Shown here piece by piece: positions 26,801 through 38,434 of a DNA stretch of 64,000 bases (positions within the stretch are counted from its first letter, which is position 1; every line of letters begins with the position of its first letter). A program made the position numbers and the translations under genes. The notes under the pieces were generated by a model. The model was not told where the DNA came from, made no database searches, and saw only the letters and a program-made list of their open reading frames with translations. Origin of the DNA: Asterias rubens (Eukaryota); contig NC_047082.1 in NCBI RefSeq assembly GCF_902459465.1, forward strand, positions 1,922,001 through 1,986,000. The letters run 5' to 3'.

Positions 26801-27849
26801 CTATCTGGTGCCTTATGCTCCTTCTCCAATATCCCAATAATCTGTTGAAGGATCTTCTTTCTGACAACACGGCTGTCAATGCCAAGAAAGTCTGCCATGT
26901 CTTGGTCCATAATGGACATAAGAAGAAAACCGTCCATGCCTGTCTCTGCAAAACTCTGACGGTAAAATTCTCTGATGCCAAGATGAAACAGCCAACTTTG
27001 AAGGTCATCTATACTCCACTTGCACAGTTTCTTCTTTTTGTACTCCTCTGTGAAGTTCATGTCTAGAGTCCGAGGAACATGTGGAGCAAAAATTGAAGCG
27101 TATAGTTCAACTCTCTCCACCAAAGCACCAATAACAACAGAGGCTTTCTCTGCAATACTGTATCTCTCATATTTCGCATAACACAGTGAGACAAGATCTT
27201 CAAAGAAGATGGCATACTGTCTTGGAATCTCTACATCTTCACACATGACAAGAAAGACTTTGGGTGGGTTTGCAGTGGTGGAGGGAACTTGCCTTTCAAG
27301 AAGGCAGCGAAGCTCATACAGCGATACAGGACATTGGAAGTAGCTGAAAGATAAAAAACAGATTGCAGCGCGACATTTTTCTACGGCTTCCATTCTCTGT
27401 GAAAACCAAGATGGACTGTCTGTAATTTCCTCATCTTTATCAAACCAAATGTCTTCTGTGAGATTGTTTTCCTTAAACTGTTTAACAGTTTCACACACAA
27501 GTTTTCTTTCAAGAAAACCTCCGTCGGGCGAGTAAGAGATAAATATCCCTTTCTTCATCTTCTTCATCTGATTACTTCCACCAATGTTTCCATTTTCTTG
27601 TTTCTTATTCTTAGTTCTGACTTTCTTTACAATTGGCTTTGGCAAAACTTCTTGACTTTTTGGTTGTGTCTCTCGAATTCCAGCTGGAGCATCTCCACCG
27701 CCCACCTGTCCTTGATTTAACTGACTGCTGTCATTTTGAACATCAGGGCGCTGCTCCTCTTTTCCTTCCGATAAAGGAGTATTTTTTGTTTCATCTCCTT
27801 GGCCTGCCATCTCCACATTGTTTTCTTTTCCCTCCTCACTATCGCCCAT
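23811..27849 (-). CDS. Uncharacterised TIR-SAM-TIR-TIR protein, 700 aa, spliced
   Basis: Exons 27849-26680, 26416-26188, 25822-25652 and 24343-23811; phases 0/1/1 match; 2103 nt; in-frame stop upstream of the ATG. TIR1 (IFISYS...IWFD...ICFLSFSYFQCPVSLYEL), SAM (WSIDDLQSWLFHLGI...Y...F....MDGFLL...LGI....VRKKILQQI), TIR2 (VYVVYD...VIVVLTDAATSSPFIFHEV) and TIR3 (VFLSYQWD...CYID...CITPRYLQSDNGVKDL). 5'UTR acceptor at 28084; putative non-coding first exon ending at 28615. Confidence 0.88.
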
Positions 27850-28263
27850 TATTTCTGTCTTTAGTTTTTGCTCAGTTCCTTGCTGTGATGTGGTACATTT
27901 TCAATTGATCGTCTTAATAACACAATTATTATGGGATCTCAGATTCATCAGATGTTTGTAGTCTTGTTGATTTTATTGATGCAATCTTGAACAATTCACT
28001 CTCCTGACTGACATATAGAAGAATCACCTCAGTGGAAACAATTATTCATGTTCCCAACTTAATCCAACATCCTGATAGCGATAGCTGTTGAGAAAAAATA
28101 TAGTCATAATATTCAATGAAATTGAAAAAACAAAATTACCCCATTGGAATCCCAAGGCTATATACAGTGTATACCCATATACCCCCACCCCCTCCCATGC
28201 TGGACTGTCCAGCGCCTTGTATTGCACTATATTTATGGTGCGATAATAAAATAAAAGGAAAAG

Positions 28264-28382
28264 TTTCCGTATGGCGCCACCACTTTTTCATTCGATATTA
28301 AATAATATAGTATCTAATTAACCTCAATGAGATATCCCTTTTTTGTAAAAGTGAGTGAAAAGGTGGTGGCGCCATACGGAAA
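28264..28382. mobile_element. MITE with 20-bp perfect TIR TTTCCGTATGGCGCCACCAC
   Basis: Inverted repeats at 28264-28283 and 28363-28382 around an AT-rich core. Confidence 0.85.
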
Positions 28383-30377
28383 GTTATCCAAATAAAAAAA
28401 AAAAAAAACAACAAAAACAAGTATAGACAAAGTCCTAATTACCCCTGCCTGAAAGCCCTAATTACCCCTGCCTGAAAAAAGGGCCACTTGAAATGTCTGA
28501 ATATTTGAACCATGACAACTGACTGATGTGCAAAAGATTAAGGAAGCATGCATGGATAATCTGTAGTCTTGTAAGTTGTAAGTTGTATTGTGTATTGTAC
28601 TTCTAAGTACTTACCGATGTTTTGCCCGTGGCAAAAGATAACAACATCGACACAAAGTTTAACTCATCCAGATATTGTTTATGACATAACATAAACATCA
28701 AACTACTGGTTGTCGACGATCAGATCATACATGTGCAGTTGATGCATGTACAATAATGGAGGCAGAAACAGCACTTATAAACCAGTGGTGTACACAGCAG
28801 TAGTACGTGTGCAGTCAGTAGGGCAGACAGGCTTCTGGCTGATATGGTAACCAAATACAAATTTGTCAATGTATTTCATACACGACTGTTTTATGTAAAA
28901 AAGAAACACTCATACTTTTTTCTAAGTTCTAAAATGACTTCGTTACTAAGCAAGAAACTTGATAAGTTACTTGACTGTGTAATACCTCAGTACCCAGTAC
29001 ATGTAATACGAAGGATGCATTTAATAAACTTTCATGTTGGTTAAAAATTGTGGTTTGCTTAATTAGTAAACAGTCGTCGTCTTTTCAACAACCAATACAC
29101 CTGTTGCACTTACTGCCAGTGACTTTTGAGTGAATGGCTATTCCATCTATCGGACTTACGTTCTGTTAATCGTGTTTGTTCAAGTGCGTAAGCAAAAAGT
29201 AAAATCATTTTAACTGTCTGTGAAATGTTTACTTAAATTCCACGCTATATTTGTATTTGGTCGTTTCAACTTGATTTAAGTCTTGACTAGAGCAAGACTG
29301 TCTTAACTGTTTCTCTATTATTATTATTTTAAAACTGTTTCAGTGCGGTGCTGAAACTGTTCAGTAGCTGACAAATCAATAGCCCGCTTGTTGGCGCAGA
29401 TAAGTTGGTTGTTGTAAAAAATCGATTATCTAAACTCTCTTGAATGCCTTTGATTCGGTTGTGGATGATTGAATCATGAATAGTATGGTTAATTAGTTGA
29501 GAGTCTTTATGATTTGAAAAGTCGGATTGGTGATTATTTAATCCATAGAATAGAAAGGACTTGCCTCTCTCTCACTGTCTCAGAAAAGTCAAAATTAATG
29601 TCACTTATCATAATAAAAGCAAATATGAAAGCTTGGTGAAAAAACAAGTTTGTCAAAGACATCGAGAAATTAAAAAAAGGTCACCTTGAAACAATAAATG
29701 AGTAGACAATGTCAACCTTTTTTTAATGTTAATAAAACTTGTTTTTATCATCAAGAAAAAGTAAAACACCCCCACCCCCCCAAAAAAAAAACGGCGAATC
29801 GTAATGGTATTCCCGACGAAGAGGGCGGGCTTGTCTCGGATGGTACAGAGCTATGTGATGGTACATCTGTAATAACAAAACCACAGTTGACCGAAGTTAA
29901 TCTAATTGCCCCAAATAAAAAAGTCAAAACTCTAAACAAAAACCATCCTCGGCCCATAAAAATACAAACAAACACACCCCAAAACAACCCCTCCCTCCAC
30001 TAAAACCTCAATGATTGTCTATAATCCACTTTTTGCAGATGGCCCCATCTCAGTCTCAAGCTTGAACACATTTCGAACCCCAGTTTCAAGATCAGTTTTA
30101 CTTGCTCTCGATCAATATACTTAACCAAACAAAAGCAGAACTAACCACATTGACACATTAAATGATAGGGACAAAAGACGAAACTGGTTTGTACAAAATA
30201 TAAATAATTTTTATTTCTATCTCCCACTAAAAAATCCCAAAATGATTTCCATGTCCTGCTACCAGCGAGTATTTTATAGATGCATTAAATTATTGACGCT
30301 GTATAATAAATTATACCACCTTTCGAAGACCTTTTTGTTCTTCATATTTTTTGTTTAAAACTTGAACATGTTTCACA

Positions 30378-30792
30378 AAAAGCCATTTATTTTATTTGCA
30401 CTATTTAATACCCGGAATTCAAAAGGCACAATAAAATATTATACACTTTCGGAACTGAAAATTTGTTAAAAGTTCACAGATTTACAAATAACTTACAGGG
30501 TTTACAGAAGGAAATGGTGAAAGACTTCTCTTGAAATATTATTCCATGAAATGCTTTACTTTTTGAGAAAACATTAAAACAATATCAATTCTCGATATCG
30601 AGATTTACGGATTTATTTTAAACACGGCGAAACATGCAGAAACAAGGGTGGGTTTTCCTGTTACTTTCTCCCGACTCCGATGACTGATTAAGCCTAAATT
30701 TTCACAGGTTTGTTATTTTATATATGAGTTGTGGTACACAAAGTGTGGGCCTTGGACAATACTGTTTTCCCGAAAGTGTCCAATGGCTTTAA
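30378..30792. mobile_element. MITE with TIR TTAAAGCCATTGGACACTTTC (left TIR interrupted)
   Basis: An inverted homologous copy lies at ~58760-59102. Both end in GAAAGTGTCCA(A)TGGCTTTAA and share CTCGATATCGAG and the CACCCTTGTT/AACAAGGGTG block. Confidence 0.8.
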
Positions 30793-31627
30793 TGTATTGA
30801 ATTACAGATGAGGATGATTGACAATGTGATTTAAGAAGATAACCTTTAACCTTTCAAGATTGAAAGAAAACTTTGTAGAACAAGATTCATAAATTAAAAG
30901 CAAAAAATCGTTATGGCCCAATGTTTTGACCTTAGTAGAGTCTTTCTTGAATTGACCCTAGCAGAGTCTCTCTCTCTGGCTTCGAGAAACTGCTTGGGTC
31001 AAAGATTCAATGGCATTAACTTTTTTTCTGCTTATACTTATGTATAAGTCCTTTTGGGAGGTAAGCAGTTTGCAACAGCTTACTCTATTTTCTCAAAGTA
31101 AAAAGTACACTAAATATGTGTAGGTGAGGAGATATAGATAAGAAAACAAAACCTAAACAATAGACCTGGTGCATCAGCTACATATTTCCCAGACTTATTT
31201 CACACTTTTTTGTGTGAAAGGCAAATTGAAAGAGAGGCTTTAAAGTCAAATTCAGTTTTGCCATGGACTCATTTTCTAATAGGAAAAGGCCACGTCAAAC
31301 AACAATCTTTCCAAAAACATATAAATTTAATAAAGCAGCTAGCACACTTTCTAAGGGATATATTTTTTTAAATGACCCTGTTATTTCAGATAAGATTACC
31401 CTTTGGTCATATCATATTTTAAGTCACACTTTGGTCCAATGTAACTAAATCCGAGATACAAAATTAGACATATTATAAAACTGTTCTGTGCTATTTTCTC
31501 AACATCTTAAACGGCTTTTCTTTTGAAACATTATCGGTCTCTTTCTAAGTGATGTTTCTTAAAATCAAAATAAACGTCAACAAAACCAACCCTTAGATTC
31601 CCAAGATTTTCTGTGAGCAACTCAAAA

Positions 31628-34600
31628 TTATGCCTCCATTACTTGTCTTTGTGACTTAGAGTGTTTTTGCAGGATACGTTTGACAATATTCAATACAGTG
31701 TGGTTTATTTTAGTCTGGTTCTTGCTGTAAACATTGAGAAAGATCCCAAATAGAACTAGGAGTCCTGACCAAATATATCTGAAAAACAAAGAAATAAAAG
31801 GTGATTTTAAACAACAGATTCATTGATTTAAACACATGTGGTACTTTTAAAGCACATCATTTGTATACAAAATATAGACTTTAAAGAAACATTGTTGACT
31901 CCCATAAATGGCCAACTGTGTTAGTTCGCAAAGTAAAAGGAAAACCGTGCAATTTCGAGCAAATTTGTGTGGACCACTGTATTTACTTTTAAAACATCTT
32001 TCTAACCATATGCATTTCATAACAAACGGTTACAAACGCTTTTTATAGACCAACTTGTCCGATCCAAGGCAATGTGTTCCTTTAAGGGAGAGCCACTTGA
32101 GAGGCAATCTACAGTATATGAATGTTAACACCATCTAAAAGAAAATATACTTACTGCGCAGTAAATGGCTTAGTGAAGAATAAAAACGATAAAATTATCG
32201 TGACAGCCTTGCGACATGTTGTAACTGCAAGGAAAAGAACTTTGTTTAGATATCACAAAATATAGTGTCAACTTCTCAAGGTTCTATCTATAATCTGCAA
32301 GAAAATAGAATTGTCAATGTTTATGAACAAGGAATGGGGGAAATCGCAGAAAATAATGTGTTTGTATTTACTTCATAAATTTTCAGACTGAAAAACTATA
32401 AAATAATGGTTTCAAACCAAGCTGGCTTCAAAACAAACTGTTAACACGTTTTTCGTTTTTAAGCTTGCTATAAATGCTTTTAGGGTGGAAACTTTTTTAA
32501 CTACACAGTACATCTTTAATCAGCTTGCTTTCAAACATTACAGAAAAATGCTTTATAAAACACAAGGACTCTAAGACTTAAAGAGAAAATTAGGAACGCA
32601 AACTTTACCTGTCACTGTTGTAAGGGCGCCAAATGTTCGTATCAATGACAAAACAAACATGACTCCAAGATAACCGGTTAAAGCATAGATGATCGCATAT
32701 CCGTAGGTTTTAACTGGATTCTGTTAAAAGAAAGTAAAAGGTCATCTTAATCAAGAAACTTTGAAATGGCAACAAAAATAAAAATTAAATGTAACACTTA
32801 TTGTTGTGTCATGGTGGGTTGGGATTGTGAGGTAACACATGCATTAATTTCAAGCAATGCTTCGGAACTTAAAAACATTAGATGCCAATTCCAATTAGCT
32901 CCAAAGTTTTGTTAAGGATTATGTTACCAGGGAAGATATCTTACAAGGTTTAGAAACAAAGAGGGAAAGTGTTTTCCAAGACAGTTAAATTAATGACTTT
33001 AAATTATCACTTGATTTGTTGCAAATTTTTCTGTTTAAGACAATATCTCTTTAGTATGAAGTTCGATACAATTAATGCTTAGGATCGGTGCGTTCTTTAA
33101 ATTTGAAATGATTCATTGGATTTGATTTATTATTCTTTTTACAAATCTGGTGAGTTAGCCAGTTTATTCTAGCCGGTTGAAAATAATCAAAGCTATACTT
33201 ACAGCAAAGAAAAACCAAAATCCAGTTGATAGGGTACCATTAGAGGCTAAATAGAATAAAATGTAGAAAAACCCAATTCCGTAGGAGTAAAGTACCTGCA
33301 AAAACCAAAAAAGTTCATTGAGATTTGCAACATAGTCAATCAATAAATCAAAATAATGTGTATCACTTTGCTAGAAGCCAAACTTCAGGCTTGATACTTC
33401 ATGGAATCAGAGGGCATCAGAGCAGTTTCCTCCATGCCCTGAGGGCCCATTGCCTTGGTGCCCTTAAAATGCCCCAGCAGAAATTTACAGTCTCCTCACG
33501 GGTGCCCTTTACCAAAGAGAAAGTGTCTTGGTGCCCTTGCCCTTTCAAAAACGGTTCATCTGATTTTGATGGATTTAGTTAATGCATTCTCTACAGAACA
33601 AAGCATTTCCATCAAAGTCTGAATGATTTTCTTATAATTTTGTCCCTGGATTGTTGTAAAATTATTGAAGGAGTAATTTATTCCTTGGTAACTTTTTGTA
33701 AAACACTTACCACTTCATTGTTGCTGGCTTGGTGTGCCTTCATTGCCTTCTCTTGGACATTTCCAATCACAGCATCAGCACACAATGCTGCCGAAATCAT
33801 GGCAATTCCTGGTTTAAAAAAAGGAGAAAATGCTTTCATTATGGAGATGGAATTTAGCACAACTTATAACCTTACATTCGCTTTATTAAAACATTCAATT
33901 AATGATGTTCAGGGGGTGTCCTGGTCGAGGGGTCTCTTGAAAGGTTTATCATATTGGTCAATATTTTCCAATGGAATTGCCCTTCCCCCCCCACCCCAAA
34001 AAAAAGAGGAAAACTGCCTTCCCCTCTTAAACCTGTCCTGGAAGCAATCTAAATAACAGCTTGTCATCAATAGCTCAGTTGGTGATATTAATGAAGTGTC
34101 CTTTGCAATAAATAAATAAAACAGCCTTGCCCTCTCAAACCAGGCCTGCAACACATTCTAAATAATAGCTGAAAAGGGTTACGTAGACTACAAGCACTTG
34201 GGAACAGCTTGTCATACAGAGATCAGTTTATGAAAAAACAAACAAACAAACAAACCTGTATGATTAAAGTTGGGTGACACTGTGCTGTCAGCCAGAATAA
34301 AAAATATAAGACCAATACTCATGCATAAAGCTGCACTTGCATCTATGGGGCCGTATTGTTTTCCTAGAAAGGAGTAAAAATAGAAATGGAAAACAGTTAA
34401 CTAAATCACAAATCTTTATTTCCTCAGATCCTGAACTACTGAGTTCTCTGCGAGCTGTGTAAGAAAAGAATGCTTGATGGCGCTTGCACGAGCAAAATGT
34501 CCAGTGAACTACACTTGGTAAGTAGGTTTTGTTTCTGTTGTGTTAACTTTGAGCTTAGGGTTTTAAGCCAAATCGTAACAATAAATTCCAATGTTTGAAC

Positions 34601-36111
34601 GTTCACTCAATTGTAAAAAAAAAATGTTTCTTCTACTATTTTTAAATATAAGTAATCAATACCTTGGATAAGAACGCCACCTATCATTACTGGAATGAGT
34701 TTACAGCATTTGAAGATAACTTGTGTGGGGTAGTTCAGGTATCCAACTGCTGAGTTTGAAAGGCCCATTGTGGCTACAGTCAGGAAAGCCAATAAAGCGT
34801 ATGTCCTCAGTGGAATTCTGTGAATGCAGCAAAGCAAAAAATGTTAGGAGAAATTTTCTGAAATGTGTCCACAGTTTATTATTAGAATTCTAATGTTGAG
34901 TCCTGCTTGTGAAAATGTATGCCAACAGGCCCTATAACAACGATTGGCAAACATGTGAATCACAAATATTTTTAGTAAACAAAATCATCTAGCCTAAAAT
35001 CAACTATACCAAAATATGAATATTTAATTACTTACTTTCTTTCCTGTGATCCTGTTAACTTCATTTCTGTCATGCCAAACACCGTATAACAGGCAAACTG
35101 AACTAGCGTCAGATACCAACCAAATGGCTTGAAACCTTCCAATTTGAAAATCAGTTCCTGTTAAGAAACATTGTAAGTTATCACACAAGCGCAAGTAGAA
35201 TACAAAAAAATATAGCGTTTCTGCTTCCCGGATATTAGCCGCATCAGGTCAGTGAGGTTAGGTTCTGTTTTGGTTTTGCACGCGTAAAGTTTTGAATGTA
35301 ATTTTACTCACTGAAAAAGCCAAGGGCAAGCCTTGCTTAGGGTGTATTTTCACTTGAACAACACAGCAGGCCTTTAAGTTTTGTTGTTCTTGCCTGTGAA
35401 GTTTCACCTTAAAAACCATTCATAAATACCTCAGACAGTTTCGCTATTCCTATTGGTGAAGAGCGCGTCACGTGGGTGTGTATAAACCTTTGTTTATGAC
35501 CAGTAAAAAGTGTTGAAACATGGGCATGACACAAGCGAGTATGCACCTGTGCTTATAAGACAGTTTCTTCATTCCTATTGGTCGAGAGAAACGGCCGGGA
35601 CAGTTCATAAGGAGTTGTTTACTCAATCGGGCCACGGGCCTTACCATTTCATAGCTGGAGGGGTGTTGTGTTGAAAGAAATCATTGAACAATTACAATTT
35701 TTGTATTTGTTTTACTTTTTGACCAAAAAGTGTTGATGTTTTTTGACCAAAAAGGTATTTATGAATGGGAATCAAAGTGTGTTGAATTGGTTTTCAACTA
35801 GTGGTTTAAACCCACTGAGGCCAGGTTCTTGATAATTTACCTCGACTTCGTCGCGGTAAAAATTATCAGGAACTAGGCCTCGTTCGGATTAAACCACTAG
35901 TTGAAAACCTCTTCACCACACATTGATTCCCTTATTTACAACTTACCTGGAGGTACCCGTAGATCAAATAGAAGAAAAAGACTCCACCAACTCCTATAAA
36001 GAATTGTACAGGTTCAGACCACTTTGAAGTATCCACAGACAGTTTATCAGTTGTCTTTCCGTTGGCAATGTTCACGACATGGTGACCAGAATCTTTTTTG
36101 CTGTTCATCAT
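31628..36111 (-). CDS. SLC35B3: Adenosine 3'-phospho 5'-phosphosulfate (PAPS) transporter 2, 357 aa
   Basis: Exons 36111-35947, 35157-35036, 34817-34663, 34363-34256, 33808-33711, 33295-33203, 32720-32609, 32224-32155 and 31778-31628; phases consistent. Motifs GVFFFYLIYGYLQELIF, FKPFGWYLTLVQF, YLNYPTQVIFKCCKLIPVMIGG, LCADAVIGNVQEKAMK, VTTCRKAVTIILSF, WSGLLVLFGIFLNVYSKN. Confidence 0.95.
35416..35768. mobile_element. MITE with 16-bp perfect TIR CCATTCATAAATACCT
   Basis: TIRs at 35416-35431 and 35753-35768, within a SLC35B3 intron. Confidence 0.8.
35767..35931. mobile_element. Foldback (palindromic) element
   Basis: Arms GGGAATCAA-GTGTG...GGTTTTCAACTAGTGGTTTAA...GAGGCC-GGTTC-TGATAATTT pair with the reverse complement over ~75 bp. 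Confidence 0.85.
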
Positions 36112-36495
36112 GTTGGTGTTGCAGGAATTTCTGTGTTGATTATGAACATGAGGAGTTGAGTAGAACTTGAAATCAGCTTTGCCACATCATTCAATCTGAA
36201 AAAAATAATCATATTCAACAATAGTCAATATTTAAACAGTAAAGGAATAGTTTGGAAGATTCTTTTATTGAATCCAAAACCTTAAATTTTAGGCAGAGGA
36301 TTACCAGCAAGGGTAAAATTATCTGTATTCCGAAATACTGTGTAGCTGGCATATCGTATGTGCGCTTTTAATTTAATGACTGGCTTCAGCGAACCGTAAA
36401 CAGCAACTAAAAAACTTCCTTTCTTTTCCAATTTTTCGATTCTTCACATTACGATCGAGGTGTGTTATAAATAGTGACTGGCATAATTCGGTAAC

Positions 36496-36640
36496 TAGTG
36501 TACACTATTCCCCCTCGGGCCTGTGAGGGCCCAGAAGAGGGACCTATTTCCCTCGGCCTTCACCCTTGGGGAAATAGGTTCCTCCTCTGCAAGTTCTGGT
36601 CCCTCCCCCCCCCCTTCCCCGGGGGAATAGATGTACATTA
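36496..36640. mobile_element. Foldback element
   Basis: Outer arms TAGTGTACACTATTCCCCC / GGGGGAATAGATGTACATTA; inner arms CCTATTTCCC / GGGAAATAGG. Confidence 0.7.
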
Positions 36641-37725
36641 GCATGATTAGTTACCTCATTGCCAGTCAATTATGTGTACACTGTTTAGTCACCGAATGGT
36701 TGGTTGCGAACTTGGCCAAGTCCAAGCCAAGGGGAGCCAATTTAGCGTAATGTGACTATGGTGTGAGGAGTGAGAAGTGTGTTGCTTTTTTGTAAGATAA
36801 TTTCTGTTTCCCCAGCTGAAAAATATATTCTTTTTTTTATTTTAAAATAAAATTAGACATAACGTTAAGTTTAAGGCCTATTTAAATAACATGTTGATCA
36901 ATGTAAAGTTAACTGTTGCCGGGACATACTTATAAAATATCCACTACCATTAATGCCATAATAATATTAGCAGATAATGATTACTACATGGTAATTACCA
37001 ACATTATTTACTAAGCAAAACTGTTTTTAAGTAGTACAGTTGTATAGCGCCCTCTTTTGACGACTTTCTATAATGCGTTTTTTTTCATCTCACCAACCAA
37101 TTACTTTTTAGTAAATAGGCCTACTTGATAAAAAAGGAAGTTTACCAACCTTTCCAGGTAACCGGTGTAATTGTTACTTTTTCTGTAGCATTAGTTTGAA
37201 CTTTGTCACTAAAAGTTGCATGACCGCCCTTTTTTAACCGGTTTTCTAAGAATTCTTGTAGTTAAGTTGTACCGCACGATGACCGCTTAACATACGTACG
37301 TGGCTAGGTAGTTACTGTACTTTTCTTTAGCAAGCAGAGATTTTAGGGACAAGACGTAGTTTAAGTGTAGAAAGTCTACTTATATTAGTCTGGTCACTGT
37401 CATTCTATAGTTTCCACGGTTGCCACTATTGTGTTAACCTCGTACTCATAAAACAAACACGCACACACTACATGTAGTGACAATATTGATTGAATAAAGT
37501 TGGAGAACGAGGTTATAAAATAAGTTATGCAACCAACCAACCCGTATATTCCTCCATGCCCGTACATATTCTTTTGAGAAATTATCAATCAATGACGACC
37601 GGCTTATCTGGTGAGTAAAAGAGGAATACGTAATGAAAATAATGATGTTGTAATAGTTGATAATAAGTTAGTGGAATTCCTTTTTTTTTTTTCGTTCTGC
37701 CTCTTTTACGATAATATTCGATTAT

Positions 37726-37850
37726 ATTGGGGACGCCCACCCACCACACGTCCACGGCACGGTCACCACTACATCATGGAGCTCACCCGGAATTCACATC
37801 ACCCCACCCCCACACACCATCACACCATATCACACACACAGTCACACCAC
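37726..37850 (+). promoter_or_regulatory. Cluster of SREBP-type sterol regulatory elements with an inverted CCAAT and a GC/CACCC box
   Basis: ATCACCCCAC 37798-37807 (identical to LDLR SRE-1), ATCACACCAT 37819-37828, GTCACACCAC 37841-37850; ATTGG 37726-37730; GACGCCCACCCACC directly after it. A plus-strand donor GTAAAT at 37922 suggests the first non-coding SQLE exon. Confidence 0.6.
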
Positions 37851-38434
37851 ATGTATTTTTATGTCATCCTATGCGGAATAAGGGACCTCCATGGTTTGTT
37901 TAAAGACACCGGACACTACTGGTAAATGTCAAAGACTGGTCTTCTCACTTGATGTATCTCAACATTTTATAACGCATAAAATGACAAACCTGTGAAAATT
38001 TGAGCTCAATTGGTAGTCATCATGGTCGTCAGAGTTGCGAGATAACTATTAATATTAAAAAAACACAAAAAAAAAACACCCTTCCCTTGTCACATGAAGT
38101 TGTGTGCTTTCCTTCTCAGATGCTTGATGTCGAGACCTCAAATTCTAAACTTGAGGTCTCGAAATCAAATTCGTGGAAATTTACTTCTTTCTCAAAAACT
38201 ATGTCACTTGCAGAGGGAGCCGTTTCTCACAATGCTTTAAAATATAACTATCAACCTCTCCCCATCTCGTTTTAAACAACTAAGGTTTTATGCTAATAAT
38301 TATTTTGAGTAAATACCAATGTGTGACGGTGTCCACTGCCTTTTATAATTATGAGGGTACTTGTTGAAGGCCTGTTTCATGTAGCAACATAGTTAAAATG
38401 TGTAATTATTAATATTATTATTAATAAGAGTTTA

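Noticed and set aside
26680-27066. 128-aa plus-strand ORF and other ORFs overlapping the TIR gene
   Set aside because: Antisense or alternative-frame shadows of the TIR-SAM coding exon, with no recognisable motifs.
37611-37925. His-rich 104-aa ORF
   Set aside because: A translation artefact of the CA-rich promoter region holding the SRE motifs.
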